The notes under the pieces are model-generated. The model did not search any database. It had not been told where the DNA came from and saw nothing but the letters and a program-made list of their open reading frames with translations. A program made the position numbers and the translations under genes. This document shows positions 49,246 to 61,500 of a DNA stretch of 64,000 bases, in pieces. This DNA comes from Lepidodermella squamata. Lineage: Eukaryota > Animalia > Gastrotricha. The stretch spans positions 1,302,001-1,366,000 of the forward strand of contig JBLDXI010000030.1 in assembly GCA_047495785.1 (NCBI GenBank). The letters are read 5' to 3'. Each line of letters starts with the position of its first letter. Positions within the stretch are counted from its first letter, which is position 1.

Positions 49246-49852
49246 GGGAGAAGAATACTAGTAGTTCTATCTGTACTGCTGGGACGTGCTCGACTGCTCT
49301 AATGCCGCGATCAACCGTGATGAAGATTGGCAGCAACCTCAGCTTTTGTCTTCTCACGCTCTGTGACGCTGACGCACAGCGCGCGAGAAACATGCTCAAG
49401 ACTCAATTCAGCGACGCCATGTGCACATGGCGCACGAGCTGTCAACAAAGATTCCGGATAGAATCCAACGGGCAATCTCCATTTTTGTAATGTAAAAACC
49501 AAGTGGAATAATTCATAAAATCATAGAAAATCACGATAAAATCTAGCTCCTAGCATCAAAATTTAGACTTTGATCAGAATTACCCACCCTATTCGAAATA
49601 TGATTCAATTTCGATTTAATTAGTTAATGTCGATTTATTCCAAATCACAGACTTGTTTTTTCACGATTTCACTGCTTTGTATTGCTCTGAAAATTTCGAA
49701 AAATAATCGCAGTGTTCACCATTTGAAGCACCATCATCTGGTACCACCAGGTTTTTTATCGAGGAAATGTCCATAAATGAAAAATCACCTGATTTGCTTA
49801 CTTTTTCAACCACTGGATGCTGATTCATCACAACATGTGCCCATAGCGTTTG

Positions 49853-49891
49853 CAGGCGTCAGGCGTCAGGCGTCAGGCGTCAGGCGTCAGG
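49853..49891. repeat. (CAGGCGT)5 heptamer microsatellite
   Basis: Seen directly. Confidence 0.9.
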
Positions 49892-51249
49892 AGTAGGACC
49901 TCTATCTTAAAACTAGCTCTATGGGCAAGACTGAGCGACTTACAAACAAACATATCCACGCCATGAACGGTGACATACGGCTGTAATATATACTTAAGGT
50001 GGTTATAACTAAATCAGTTATCGCCAAGTATTTCGATTCGGTTTTTTTGCTTCTTTTTTATTGACCCATAAATATTTGAAAAGCAATTCTGCTGGCCTGC
50101 AGATGTCGTTTCTGCCTGACTGGCTGAATTGCAGTCGCAATTCGCATGTAACGTGCACTTGCGAAACCTTTAAAAAGATAAAATAAATTGGATATTTTCA
50201 AACCACTACAGAAAGCAATAAAACCTTTTTGTGACCCCCCTCGTGCGATTTTAAAATTTGGTCATCATTCCAGTGTGAGGTGAGCCATCTCGAGGTTTTA
50301 TAAAAGCAAAGAGAAAAAGGCTGATGCCCGTGGTAAAATAATTCAACCAAAAATTCAAACTGATGCGCATCATGGCAGACATACTTTGTGTGTACACCCG
50401 TCTGCGATCTAAGAATTTCGTAGGTTTTTGAATGCTCTTACGGTTAAGCCAGGCACCAAAGCTGCCGAAAAGCGTCCTCGTTTATCGAAATGTTGGCGAT
50501 AGATATCAAGCAATGTTAAAACTATATATTCCATGCTATAATTACGCGTGTACGCTTTCGAGAGAATACGAAATTTTTCAGTCGGGACTTTGAACCCTGG
50601 TTAGCAAAAAACACAAGATTTCGCCACGTGTAATTAACACCAATTAGATCAGACAGACTGACACAAAAGCATGATCTATTCTTCATTTGAGCAAAATAAG
50701 CTCCGCGAGAAACTTGCTTCAAACGAGCTAATATAACACGTTCTGTGATCACTGAATGTCGAGTACCTCGCCTCTAGTTCAAGAGGTCCGCTGGTGTTGC
50801 AATGCCACTGCAAAACGAATAACATGAACTTGAAAACAATTCAACGCAAATTTGCGCTTTCTAGTGAAGTTGGACATAAAATCCAGCTGAACATGGTAAT
50901 GAAATCAAACTGCTGACAGTAGTATCACCATCCGGAACACAACTTTCTACATGTCGAGTTAGAATATTGTTGACACACGACACACGACACGCGGCTAACG
51001 ATGATCATTTATTGCCCTGTCATCTATAGTTTTATTACCTATCATTTGGTTGATAGAAGTGCCATGATGCTTACCTTGAGCCTGGAGCTATAATAGAAGT
51101 TCTGCATAATTTATCCTTCCCAGTTAAAACTGGTTGACTTGTTAACACGGGCTTATATAATATCTTTTCCATCAATACCAATCGATTTTTAGACAAAGCA
51201 GGGATAGCGCTCGTGTTTACGAGATATTAATTTTTTTCATTTGTATATA

Positions 51250-52060
51250 ATTGTAATAAAAAGTTTACCTTCATTACTTATACTTATTTACTTATAGTAA
51301 TGAAATCAGCTTCAGCTCTTCATTGTTATTATCCATTTGCGGTACGAAAACATAATTATAGCGCCGTTGAATAACTATGATATAGGATTGTATATACGTC
51401 AGTTAAAATGAGATGGGTGGCACGTAAAAAGCGATGTTTTTACGAATGAATGAAGAGGCTACAGCAAATTACTTTTTACTTGCCACCGTCCTACTTCTTA
51501 CTGACGCAAACAGTCCAAAATTTCAGGTCAATACCAATTAATTAGGACACGCGGAATTATGAATGGCTTGCAAACTCATTGTTCATTGCGACCATCTCAC
51601 AGTTACAAAAATGAACAAACAAAGTGACGATGAATGAAAACAAAGCAATTGTTTCTCAATAATTTTATTGAACATTAAACCTGCATGTTAACATTGAACA
51701 GGCACGGCGTCGAACCTAAAGCTCATTCCATCAACTATCCTGAGCTGACCCTGGCTTATTATTTGAACCGCGATGTGTGACTTATTAAGGCTTGGTTACA
51801 CCCATTTCAAGGTTACAGTTGTCAAGTAAAAAAACGGTTTTCCAACGGGAATTAAGAGGCAAAAGCAAAATACTTTTTACTTGTCACCTCTCACTTTCAA
51901 ACGAATGTAAACAAGCCTAAATCCGAGTTATTCAACGACGCTAAAGATGAGACTTTGAAGCTAGCCCCTCCCTTAGCTAAGCCACTACGCTACCCTACAC
52001 TACGCCTCATTACAAACAGGCGTTTTTCTAAATCTTCCCAATTTCATCGCTTCGCTCGTT
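51250..52060. repeat. Left arm of ~0.8-kb dispersed inverted repeat (partner 56790-57570; partial direct copy ~47740-48500)
   Basis: For example, gtaaacaagcctaaatccgagttattcaacgacgctaaagatgag...gcctcattacaaacaggcgt is reverse-complementary to 56828-56945. Confidence 0.85.
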
Positions 52061-52404
52061 TTTTTTGGTTAAAATCACTGGTAATTCGCCCCAAGCTGTG
52101 AGAAACATCCGGTGACAACTGGTCCGGCCCGGCCGAGTTGTCACTAAAAATAATTATTCAAATATTAAAAATAATTTCGGATGAGTTGTCACCGGATGAC
52201 TTGTCGCGGACGAGTTGACATTTCACCTAAAATTTATAAATTAATATAAAAATTAATATAAAAGAAAAATGAGGAGATGAAATTGTGAAATTATTACGAA
52301 ATTCATTAGAAAATTATATCGAAATGTTTTGTGTACCCTACCCTGTAAAAAATTGCCATTTCAACATCGAATTTTGTTTCATGATTTTTATTTTCTATTT
52401 TGAG

Positions 52405-52620
52405 GTTGCAGAGCCCCATGACTTCAATGACTGGGATGAGTTTGAAGCCCAAGAGGAATTGCTTCAGAAAGGCATGCAATATGAAGCTTCGCTGCCCCTG
52501 ATCGGGGAAGAAATAATCGCCAATATAGCGGGTTTTTGCGTGAGAAGACTTCTGAATAACAAGCTCGGGAAATGCTCGGCTCGGGCTCTATCTATTCGCT
52601 GACTCGAGTCTTGTAACGCC
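52405..52620 (+). pseudogene. Possible P-element/THAP9-like transposase C-terminal fragment
   Basis: An acidic stretch followed by IIANIAGFCVRRLLNNKLGKCS, resembling the YIAGYV.RKL...CxxC motif. Confidence 0.4.
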
Positions 52621-52758
52621 ATGTCGCGTAATTAAAGGCTTCAGCTTTCGAACCCACGATGGCAGTATATGGTAAGAAAAAGGAATTTTTGAGAAAATTC
52701 TGCTAATTTCTTTTCATTTTAGTCTGACTCGCCCATTATTGGTGACCTATCGTTTCGA

Positions 52759-53686
52759 TAGAGGACCCCGCCCTAATTTCGGCCACTTCCTAAATTCGGC
52801 CGCTGCGTCCTAACTTCGGCCACCGGCCGAAATTTGGACACGAAGTGCTGTGCAGCAGTTTTATTTGCACGCAATTCAAGAGCTTTGCATTGTTGGGCCC
52901 ATCTGTTTCATGATTTTTCAAGCACGTGATCGCAAAAAAATAATTCTAAATGCGAGCGAGCGGGCTTATGTCGCTTCTCGAGTGCTCAGTTACCGCTACT
53001 TTGCAGGTATAATTTACCTGAAACTGGCTCTTTAAAATTTACTGCTTTCACCTCAATAATTACCAGCTAAACGCCAGCTTCATTCTGGTATAAAGTATTC
53101 TATCTAAAACCACCCAGGTGAAGAGATCCAGAGGGCCAATTTTAGGGTTTTTGAGGGTTTGATTCCAAAAATTAGCAGTCAATAGGGGAATTGAATTCGG
53201 GAAAACAATATCAATACTCTCATTCTACAGAAGGCAAGGGATTTTTTAGATATTTTTCCAGAACTTTAGAAAGTCAACCGCAGTTAGGTTATTAGGTAGA
53301 AAACTATCAAACTTGTACCTGTCAAAACAAGTTTGAGTTTCAGGCATCACGTCGTCGAGGAAAAGCTCACAGGTGAAGCAACAAAGGCGGTTTTTATAGT
53401 CAGCTTTTTGAGACAAATCTAACGATACTAAACTTATAGTATTAGTGTACCTGGATGAGGTGGCCGAAATTAGGGCACCCCGCTCCCTAATTCCGGCCGG
53501 GTGTCTGGGTGACTAAAAAATTAGCCATAAATCAAGGTAAAATCGTCCGGACTTGCGGAAAGCGGCATTCGATAACCTAATAACGCCTCTTTATTTCTGC
53601 TTATGCCGAATATTTTCTGAAAATTTACCTGACTGGCAAAGTCGGAAAAACCTGAAAAGCGGCCGAAATTAGGGCGGGGTCCTCTA
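52759..53686. mobile_element. ~930-bp non-autonomous TIR element
   Basis: tagaggaccccgccctaatttcggcc ... ggccgaaattagggcggggtcctcta, with subterminal cctaa(t)ttcggcc repeats. Confidence 0.9.
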
Positions 53687-53745
53687 ATTACAACTCTGCG
53701 ATCTCTTCGAGAAACTCTGGACCACTGTCCTATAGCGCCAAATCG

Positions 53746-53940
53746 ATATCGTTAGCGTCGTTGAATAACTCGGATTTAGGCTTGTTTACATCCATTTCGA
53801 CGTGATAGGTGACAGGTAAAAAGTCTTTTGTTTTTTTTCTCTTCATTCACGTTAAAAAACCGCTTTTTACTTGTCACATAGGATCTTGAAACGGATGTAA
53901 ACAAGCCTAAATCCGAGTTATTCAACGACGCTAACGATAT
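53746..53940. mobile_element. ~195-bp MITE (ATATCGTTAGCGTCG family), copy A
   Basis: ~47-bp TIR atatcgttagcgtcgttgaataactcggatttaggcttgtttacatcc. Confidence 0.92.
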
Positions 53941-54630
53941 GACAGAGCCGACGAAAAGTCGGAAAGCAGCTCAAAATCAGAACAATGGTGCCAACTGTGT
54001 GTGTGTTTTAAGAGGAAAGAAACAAGTGGCCGCGTAAAAAAAAGAAATAATCAATAAATAACGACTCAACAACTAAATTTTAATGCACTTTTTTGTTTTT
54101 CAATTTAAAAATCAACGGGGATTATTTATGTGAACATTTAAATTTTGTTGGAGAAGTACATCTTTTTCCACCATTTAAATCAATGCATTTAAGTTAGTAT
54201 GCAAATTTATGGTTTAACGACAACAGGCAAGTGCGTGAGTGTCCGATCTGTTACATCTATGACGATTGCTGATACGAACAATTTGATCGGTATTCGCGTT
54301 ACTTTTCGCGGCGGGGGCGAACTGAGGTCGTTCGAACAGCGTCACATTAGGAGAATGGAAACCCCAAATGGTCGGCCTTATTTCCTGGTGACAATTCCTT
54401 CATCGAAAATCACGCACAGGGTGCGATCTTGGATCCCGGAGCTGCCAGGGATGGAAACATTTTTTTTGCTGCATTTGCCCAAATGACCAGTCATTTCAAC
54501 TAAAAACCGAGCGAAGCGAGAAAACACGCTCCAAAACCTCTGAAAATTAACAAAACAGTGGGATAAATTCGAAATTTGTCGTCTGGAATTCGTGAAGGAA
54601 TACGAGAAAAAATATGTAAACATACAATTA

Positions 54631-54816
54631 CATATCGTTAGCGTGTTGAATAACTCGGATTTAGGCTTCTTTACATCCATTTGAAGGGGATAAGTTGAAA
54701 GTCTTTTGCTTTGGCCTCTTTATTCAAGTTAAAAACCGCTTTTTACTTGTCACCCGTGACCTTGAAACGGATGTAAACAAGCCTAAATCCGAGTTATTCA
54801 ACACGCTAACGATATG
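54631..54816. mobile_element. MITE of the same family, copy B
   Basis: catatcgttagcgtgttgaataactcggatttaggc ... gcctaaatccgagttattcaacacgctaacgatatg. Confidence 0.9.
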
Positions 54817-55122
54817 CCCCTAACATATACTTGGCCTAGGGGTATATGTAAGGTATGGATGTAACCTTAATACGAGTTCATCGACGCTAACGATATGATG
54901 ATGATGATGATGATACACATGTGAAGAATACACATGAGAATACATACAGAGCTCATATTTTAGCAAGTTTATTTATCGTTCATTAGCCGGGTTAGAAACA
55001 TATTTAACTGAAATTCATCGGCTCAATAGCTACCTGAGTAATCGATATGCCGATTCAGCCTCGTACGGTTAGCATGCACAGTTGAATGAGCAAATCGATT
55101 AAATTATATTATTTGGTTTTTT

Positions 55123-56079
55123 TTAATCGGTGCCAGTGCATATATCCATTGTCACACCGTATATACTAGTAGTGGAGGCTCCCTTGCCGTTCGCAGCGCT
55201 GCCGAGAGCAAGACAGCAAGTTTGGAATGAAGAGAAAGCAGCCGGGTTAACATTACCCTGCGATAAACAGTCACTTAAATTATTGGCCAAAATAAACGGC
55301 TGAAAAACAAATGCTTACAACTTGGTTTGCAGTATATGCGACGTGAGTAGCATCTCTTGCTGTGTTGGGGAAACGAACGCACGCTCCGGCAGTACCAGCA
55401 GTTACGCCTGTTACTTTGTAAGAATTCGCATCAAAACCTCCAATGCAAGTCAAAATTGGAGCTGCAGGACTTGTCTGCGGTAGGAGTTCGTATTTGATGA
55501 AGGCGGCATTGGGAACGGTCTGTGTGGCTGCGCAGCAAGCAGCAAATGTTGAGAAAGTGTTGGGCGTGTCAGCAGAAGACTACCAACGTCAATTAATATA
55601 TCAAACTAATATCTTTGGATGCACAAAAAATAATTACTACCGAAGCGGCAGTAGGTGCTACTGTTAGATATGCGGTACATGCGGAGGCTCCGGTTCCAAC
55701 GACATTGTGGCAAAATTTGACAGTTTGCGATACCGGAGCACCAGCAGAGGCTCCTAGGGTTGCCATTGTGCACAGTTGGTAAAGTGTCTGGGAAAGAAAT
55801 GAAAGAAACGCCGTGATAATGATAAGAATTATTGCATGTTACCGGAGATGCCGCAGCTTGGCAAGACGTGCCAGCTGTGGGACACTGAGTTGCGGTTTTG
55901 TCGATACAATTCTTGGTGGCAGTATCACAGGTACTAGTAGACGCTGCGCATTGTTGATTTGAGGGGCAAGCAGAGCTGCTTGTTGGGCTTGTTGGGCACG
56001 GAGTTGTCGTCGTCGACGGAGGGCAAGCTGTGACTACGGCACAGGTGGCAGCGATAATCGCCAGAGTAAGGTAAGCCAT
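55123..56079 (-). CDS. Secreted Cys/Thr/Ala-rich protein of unknown function, 4 exons
   Basis: Signal MAYLTLAIIAATCAVVTA. Three phase-0 GT-AG introns join ...CQAAASP|TLYQLC...PTAAS|SSADTPNTFSTFAACC...TANQV|GNVNPAAFSSFQTCC...DICTGTD*. A polyA signal (aataaa) lies on the minus strand near 54970. Confidence 0.82.
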
Positions 56080-56789
56080 CTGAAGACTTGTTAACAAGCG
56101 AATTAGAAGAGACTAATGCTCCTGGAAAAATTCTGCCAGGAATTAAAAGCTGCTCCGCATCATGTCAGACATTCTTTGTATGAGCCGCCATGCACGATTT
56201 CAGAATATCTGAAGGTTTTTGACTGCTATTATGGCAGAGACAGGCATCTTGACTGACCTAAACAACGTCCTCGGTTAACGACTTTACATCGAAAGCTATC
56301 AATCCATGGCAATATTTTAGATTCAATGCATTAATAACGCGTGTACTTATTAGAGTGAATACGAAAAATATAACTCGTGGAGCTGAAAAGGCAAAAAGTA
56401 TGTTGCCACGTGAGAATAACACCAATTAGATCTGACTGACACACAAAACATCAGCTAGGTATCATTTACACATAATAAGCTCTACGGGATACTTGCCTTT
56501 AATGCGCTTATTAAATTCTGGGGCTGGTTATTGTTGAAAAGATTGTCACATTTTGCGCATCCTCATTTCATCTCAAATCGGCAATTTCTGTCACGCCTTT
56601 CTAGAGTATTTGCTACTAAGTAATATGTTTCTCAATATACTCATGTTCCTGGCCGGCAGAATAAACATTCAGCTACATCAACTTCAAATTAGAAAATAGA
56701 AAATAAGATTGCGATCTTGGATCCTATAGCTGCCAGTGATGGAAAAAGCCATGTTAGCATATTTCCCGAAATGACTTTGGATGTTAACC

Positions 56790-57570
56790 AAAAAGAGCGA
56801 AGCGAGGAAATTGTGAAGATTATCAAACACGCCTGTTTGTAATGAGGCATCCAGGGTAGCGTAGTGGCCTAGCTAAGGGCGCGGCTAGCTTCAAATTCTC
56901 ATCTTTAGCGTCGTTGAATAACTCGGATTTAGGCTTGTTTACATTCGTTTGAAAGTGAGAGGTGACAAGTAAAAAGTATTTTGCTTTTGCCTCTTAATTC
57001 CCGTTGGAAATCTGTTTTTTTTACTTGACACCTGTAACCTTGAAATGAGTGTAAACAGTTGATGGGATGAGCTTTAGGTTCGACGCCATGCCTGTTCAAT
57101 GTTTATGCTCAATAATATTCTTGAGAAACAATTGCTTTGTTTTCATTCATCAACACCGTTCTTGTTCATTTTTGCAATTGTGAGATGGTCGCAATGAACA
57201 CTGCGCTTGGAAGCCATTCACAATGCCGCGTGGTATTGACCCAATTAATTCACCAATGTCATTAGTTTCGTTGAATTACTCAGATTTTGGCTTATTTGCG
57301 TCAGTTTGAAGGAGGATGGTGGCAAGTAAAAGGTCATTTGCTGTAGTCTCTTCATTCACGTGAAAAAACACCGCTTTTCACGTGTCACCCGTTCCATTTT
57401 AACTGGCGTAAACAAGCCTATATATCAGAGTCATTTTACGGCGCTAATGATGTTTTTCGCTACAAAGAAAAAAATGCTGATAGCTAATTTCATTAGTACT
57501 AATTTTTATAAAGAAATTAAACAAATATAGCCACGAAAGTAATGTGAACGAACGTAAACTTTTTATTAAA
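56790..57570. repeat. Right arm of the ~0.8-kb inverted repeat
   Basis: Reverse complement of ~51250-52060. Confidence 0.85.
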
Positions 57571-57658
57571 AGGGTGGTTGATAGTTTTACTCATGAAAAA
57601 TGAAAAAAAATTGTTTATTTATTTATTTATTATTTATTTAGAAGCTACTAGTATAACA

Positions 57659-57679
57659 GGCGCCCGCTTCGCGGGCGCC
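57659..57679 (-). terminator. Helitron 3' subterminal hairpin (rolling-circle termination signal)
   Basis: Perfect 9-bp stem with a 3-nt loop, 7 nt before the terminal CTAG. Confidence 0.92.
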
Positions 57680-57784
57680 AATGTATGTATACCGGATTGA
57701 CGATTTGGAAAGCAATAAAAGGAAAGACTCAGTTTTATTTCACACTAAACAACCGCAATTCAAGGAAGAAAAAAGCGGAAATAA

Positions 57785-58410
57785 TTAATAATCGGTGTAA
57801 ATTTCATGAGAGGTGAGGTTGCATTCTTCGGCTTCTTTCTCAGGGTTGTCGAACGATATCAGGCAGTCTTAGAATTAAGAATATTAAAATGGTCATATGT
57901 ATTTGATGGAAATTTCGCTTTACTCACCGTAGACGTAGCCGGGGTCGACATCCTCCAGATACATGTGTACAATGGCAACGGTGCAGTTGACTTCTTGCAT
58001 TTCTCGCCCTAATCGCCTGAAACCGCGTGAATCCAAGTGAGAGGACATCGCCTGTCGCCAATTGCTGACATACGCTGTCCGCCACGTCTTAATCCAGATG
58101 AAGTAGTACCCCATATCTGGGTCGTCGTCAAACTCGGGGTCCCAGTAGTCCTCGGCATCCTCATCAAGTCGAGAGTCATCCGGGCTGCAAGATTCATATA
58201 GGAATTTCCATCCAGGAAATTTTGGTACGAAGCCAACGCCGCAAATCTCAAATATCTCTTGAAAAATTTGTAGAATACCACACCTGGAAACGGATTCTCG
58301 CAGATCTCGGTACCAGAAGACGTACTCTTCGGGGATTTCGTAATAAACGCGATAACGGTCAGTGTAATACCAACTGGGGTACATATTAGTCGAAATATTA
58401 TTCTGATCTA
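57785..58410 (-). CDS. Helitron-borne accessory ORF, unknown function (acidic, Tyr/Trp-rich)
   Basis: Open frame 57920-58477 (MYPSWYYTDRY...DEDAEDYWDPEFDDDPD...). A gtgagt donor at ~57927 splices to a short last exon (DCLISFDNPEKK...). Confidence 0.6.
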
Positions 58411-58598
58411 AAAAAATAATTTGAATTAAATAAATCAAGGAGAGGAGATAGTTTGTGGACGAAATTCTGACGTCCACAACTGGGGAAGAATAAAGTTTGA
58501 GATCATGAAAAGTGAAGAATTCTTGATAATGAATTATGCTATGCGGATAGAATAGAAAAAAATAGGTAAAGCTGGATGTAAGAAGTGGCTATAAGCCA

Positions 58599-61500
58599 TC
58601 ATTTCAGCAACACCTCAGGATAGACAACATTGACGGTGTAGTACTGCTTTGTCTTCTTGTCGTAGTGGCTGAAAACAATAAGGTTTCGTGGATCTCGAAC
58701 GCGAGATAAAGCGACGTAAAGCTGGCCGTGAGTAAAAACTGGGTGGTTGGCCAGATGTAAGCCGACAACGTTGAAGGTTTGTCCTGTAAAATAAAAGAAT
58801 GAATAAATAATCGGTAAACGAAGGAAATTTAATGGTTCACCTTGACTTTTGTTGATTGTCATAGCGAAAGCAAGTCTTATTGGAAACTGTTGCCGCTTCA
58901 TTGGAACAGGGAAAACGCTCTCATCGGTGTTGAAATCAATTCGTGGAATGAGAACAACCTCGCCTACTCGCGTACCGGTAAGAATTTCGGCCGTGATAAT
59001 ATCGGACCCTAATTGGGTGATTCGAAGTCGCGTTCCATTACAAAGGCCCCCGGAGCAACTGAGATTTCTGATTAAAATAATGGGGGCGCCTATTTTCAAC
59101 GCCAATCGATGAGGTGGTATTCCTGAAGGATTGAGTGTATTGAGAACTTCAACTTGGAACATTGCTCGAGCAGCTTCATCTTGAACGGTATCGCGACTCG
59201 TGTAAATAAGAGCATTTCCGGGCAGCCGTTGCAGGATCTTCTCGTTGAGGTAATCAACTTCGTCATTCCTCGTGGCAAGTATACATCTCTCGGCGACGTA
59301 GCCGGCGTCAGTTCGGTTGGAAAGGTCATCATAGACGGCGCGAATTAGGTCGTTTTCCGAATTCGCGTGCTTAATTGGGTCAGGAATGATTACCGAGTCA
59401 GGTATGCCAGCAATTCCAGGGGCAACGCCATCCCCAACCTGAGATAAAATCTTTGTTATAAAAAAGACAGACAACTAAAAATGCCTTATTACCTGAATTA
59501 GCCATTGCACGTAGGGAGCTACAACGGGATCATTAATGACCCGCATATTTCTGGTCAGGCGCATGATTTTAATTGTTGGCCAGAAATCAGCTTTTCTCAA
59601 GCAAGCGTCAACGATCTCAGGTCGACCACCACGCGGAATGACGGGTAGGCATTGACGAAAGTCGCCACCGAAAACTATGGGAATACCTGATGAGAAATTG
59701 TCGATTAAAACCTGAATTCGGTCGTAACTAAACACAACTAACCTCCAAATGGCAAATTACATTGCGTCAGATCTCGAATGCTCTTATCTAGGGCCAAGAA
59801 GTTGAAGCGGCTCATCATTGGCGCTTCGTCCCAAATGATCAGATGAGTACGTCGGATAAGGTCAGCGACGGCAGATCTTTTCGAAATGGAGCAAGTGCTG
59901 TATTCATCCGCTTGTAGTGGAATCTTGAATCGAGAATGAGCCGTTCTTCCACTGTCGAGAAGAATTGCCGCTATACCAGAGGAAGCAACAGCCAAAGCGA
60001 TGTCGCCGAGAGACCGGACTGACCGTAGTAAGTAGTTGTAGATGTAGGTTTTCCCACAGCCGCCATAACCCTCGAGGAAAAACACTGATGGCTGACGCTG
60101 CCCGGCTCGAAAAGATTCCACTGCGCTTTCGACAACATTTACAACCGACCACTGCTCGTCAGTTAGTCGCAAGCGTTGCTCTTCAAGTTGAAGCATCAAT
60201 CTTCCTCGAGGATAACTCAATTCTTCGGTAATGAGAGAAGCAACGGGAGATGTAGGGATAGGCATGTTTGGAAAATCGGCCAAGCTCAGCCCTTGTGGGC
60301 TAATAAAATTAGCAATTTCAATCAATGCATTGTTTTTCATTTCTTGATTAAGTTCCATTTCCGGATTCAGACGTCTCGCTTCGTGTAAAAAATCCTCGCA
60401 TAAATGCAAGCAAAATTCTTCCCATAGCAACTCAGGGCTAGGAGGCTTTGCGAAAACCAGAAGAATGGCGAATAGTTGTCGTAACTGACGCGGTAGTTGC
60501 ATGACGGACGCTTCTTTCAAATACTGCTTGATTTCATCACCCGATTCGAGAAGTTTTCGCTTTCGACACGCATCAAAAAACGTAGCGTAAACTTGGCCAT
60601 CCACCGTTTTCAGGTATTCGAAGCTTGTAGGACCGGGAACATTGAGCAGCAGTAGACGTAAAGCAAAAAGCTCAGTGTTGTAAGGAGCTGTGTAAATTCG
60701 TCCAATGCCGTAAGCAGCATTCTTGCGGCGATTCCATTTCTTCACACCTTTCTTTCCATCCCAGGTGTAGTGTTCAGGCACCTTCTTATATGTCAATTGG
60801 CGAGCAAAATCGTCATTTTGGCAAAGCTTGAAAAACGCCGTCAACTTCGTATCCTCAGGATTTTGCAGGTCTTCGATGTTGTCACCTTCTTTAAAAGTAA
60901 TTCTCTAACAATAGATAAAAATGTTACATTTGTTAATGACATTAATTAATTTTTCTTACCTGCTGGTTCTCGAGATGCAGATCAAGCCGGCAGACAGATG
61001 GATATTCGCCGTGCATATGGTAACCGTAAATATGCCAAAAGGCCTCAGAGGTCGAGATGTACCTGCCTTCTAAAAATCGCTTTATTTCGTCACCATCATC
61101 AATTTCACCAGCGGCACGGTCGGGTCCCTTGTATACATATTTGTAGTGATATTTGACGCTTCCGACTGTTCCAACAGCTTCGCAATTGATATGGCAATTA
61201 TACTTTTTCAATAGATAGGGATTATAAGGAACGACCCATCTGTTGTCAAGGCGTACAGTTTGTTTATTCACGGTTTTCTCGACATATCGACCATTATCGG
61301 GACGCTCGTATTGAGGGTAGCCGTCATCAACCCATGCCGTAGACTCTTGAAAGTTCTTGGGGAAGTTTTTTGAGCACCTTCCATCCGCCATACACGGGCA
61401 ACTCGGTTGAACATGCCCACACGGCCCATGTAGCATATGACGCGCGACAATAGCGTGCAATTCAGGATGACTATCTGGATTGGGAAGTTCAGCGGATATA

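Noticed and set aside
56852-56895. tRNA-like 5' sequence gggtagcgtagtggcctagctaagggcgcgg (inverse copy near 51960-52000)
   Set aside because: No T-arm/B-box or acceptor-stem partner; at most a decayed SINE head.
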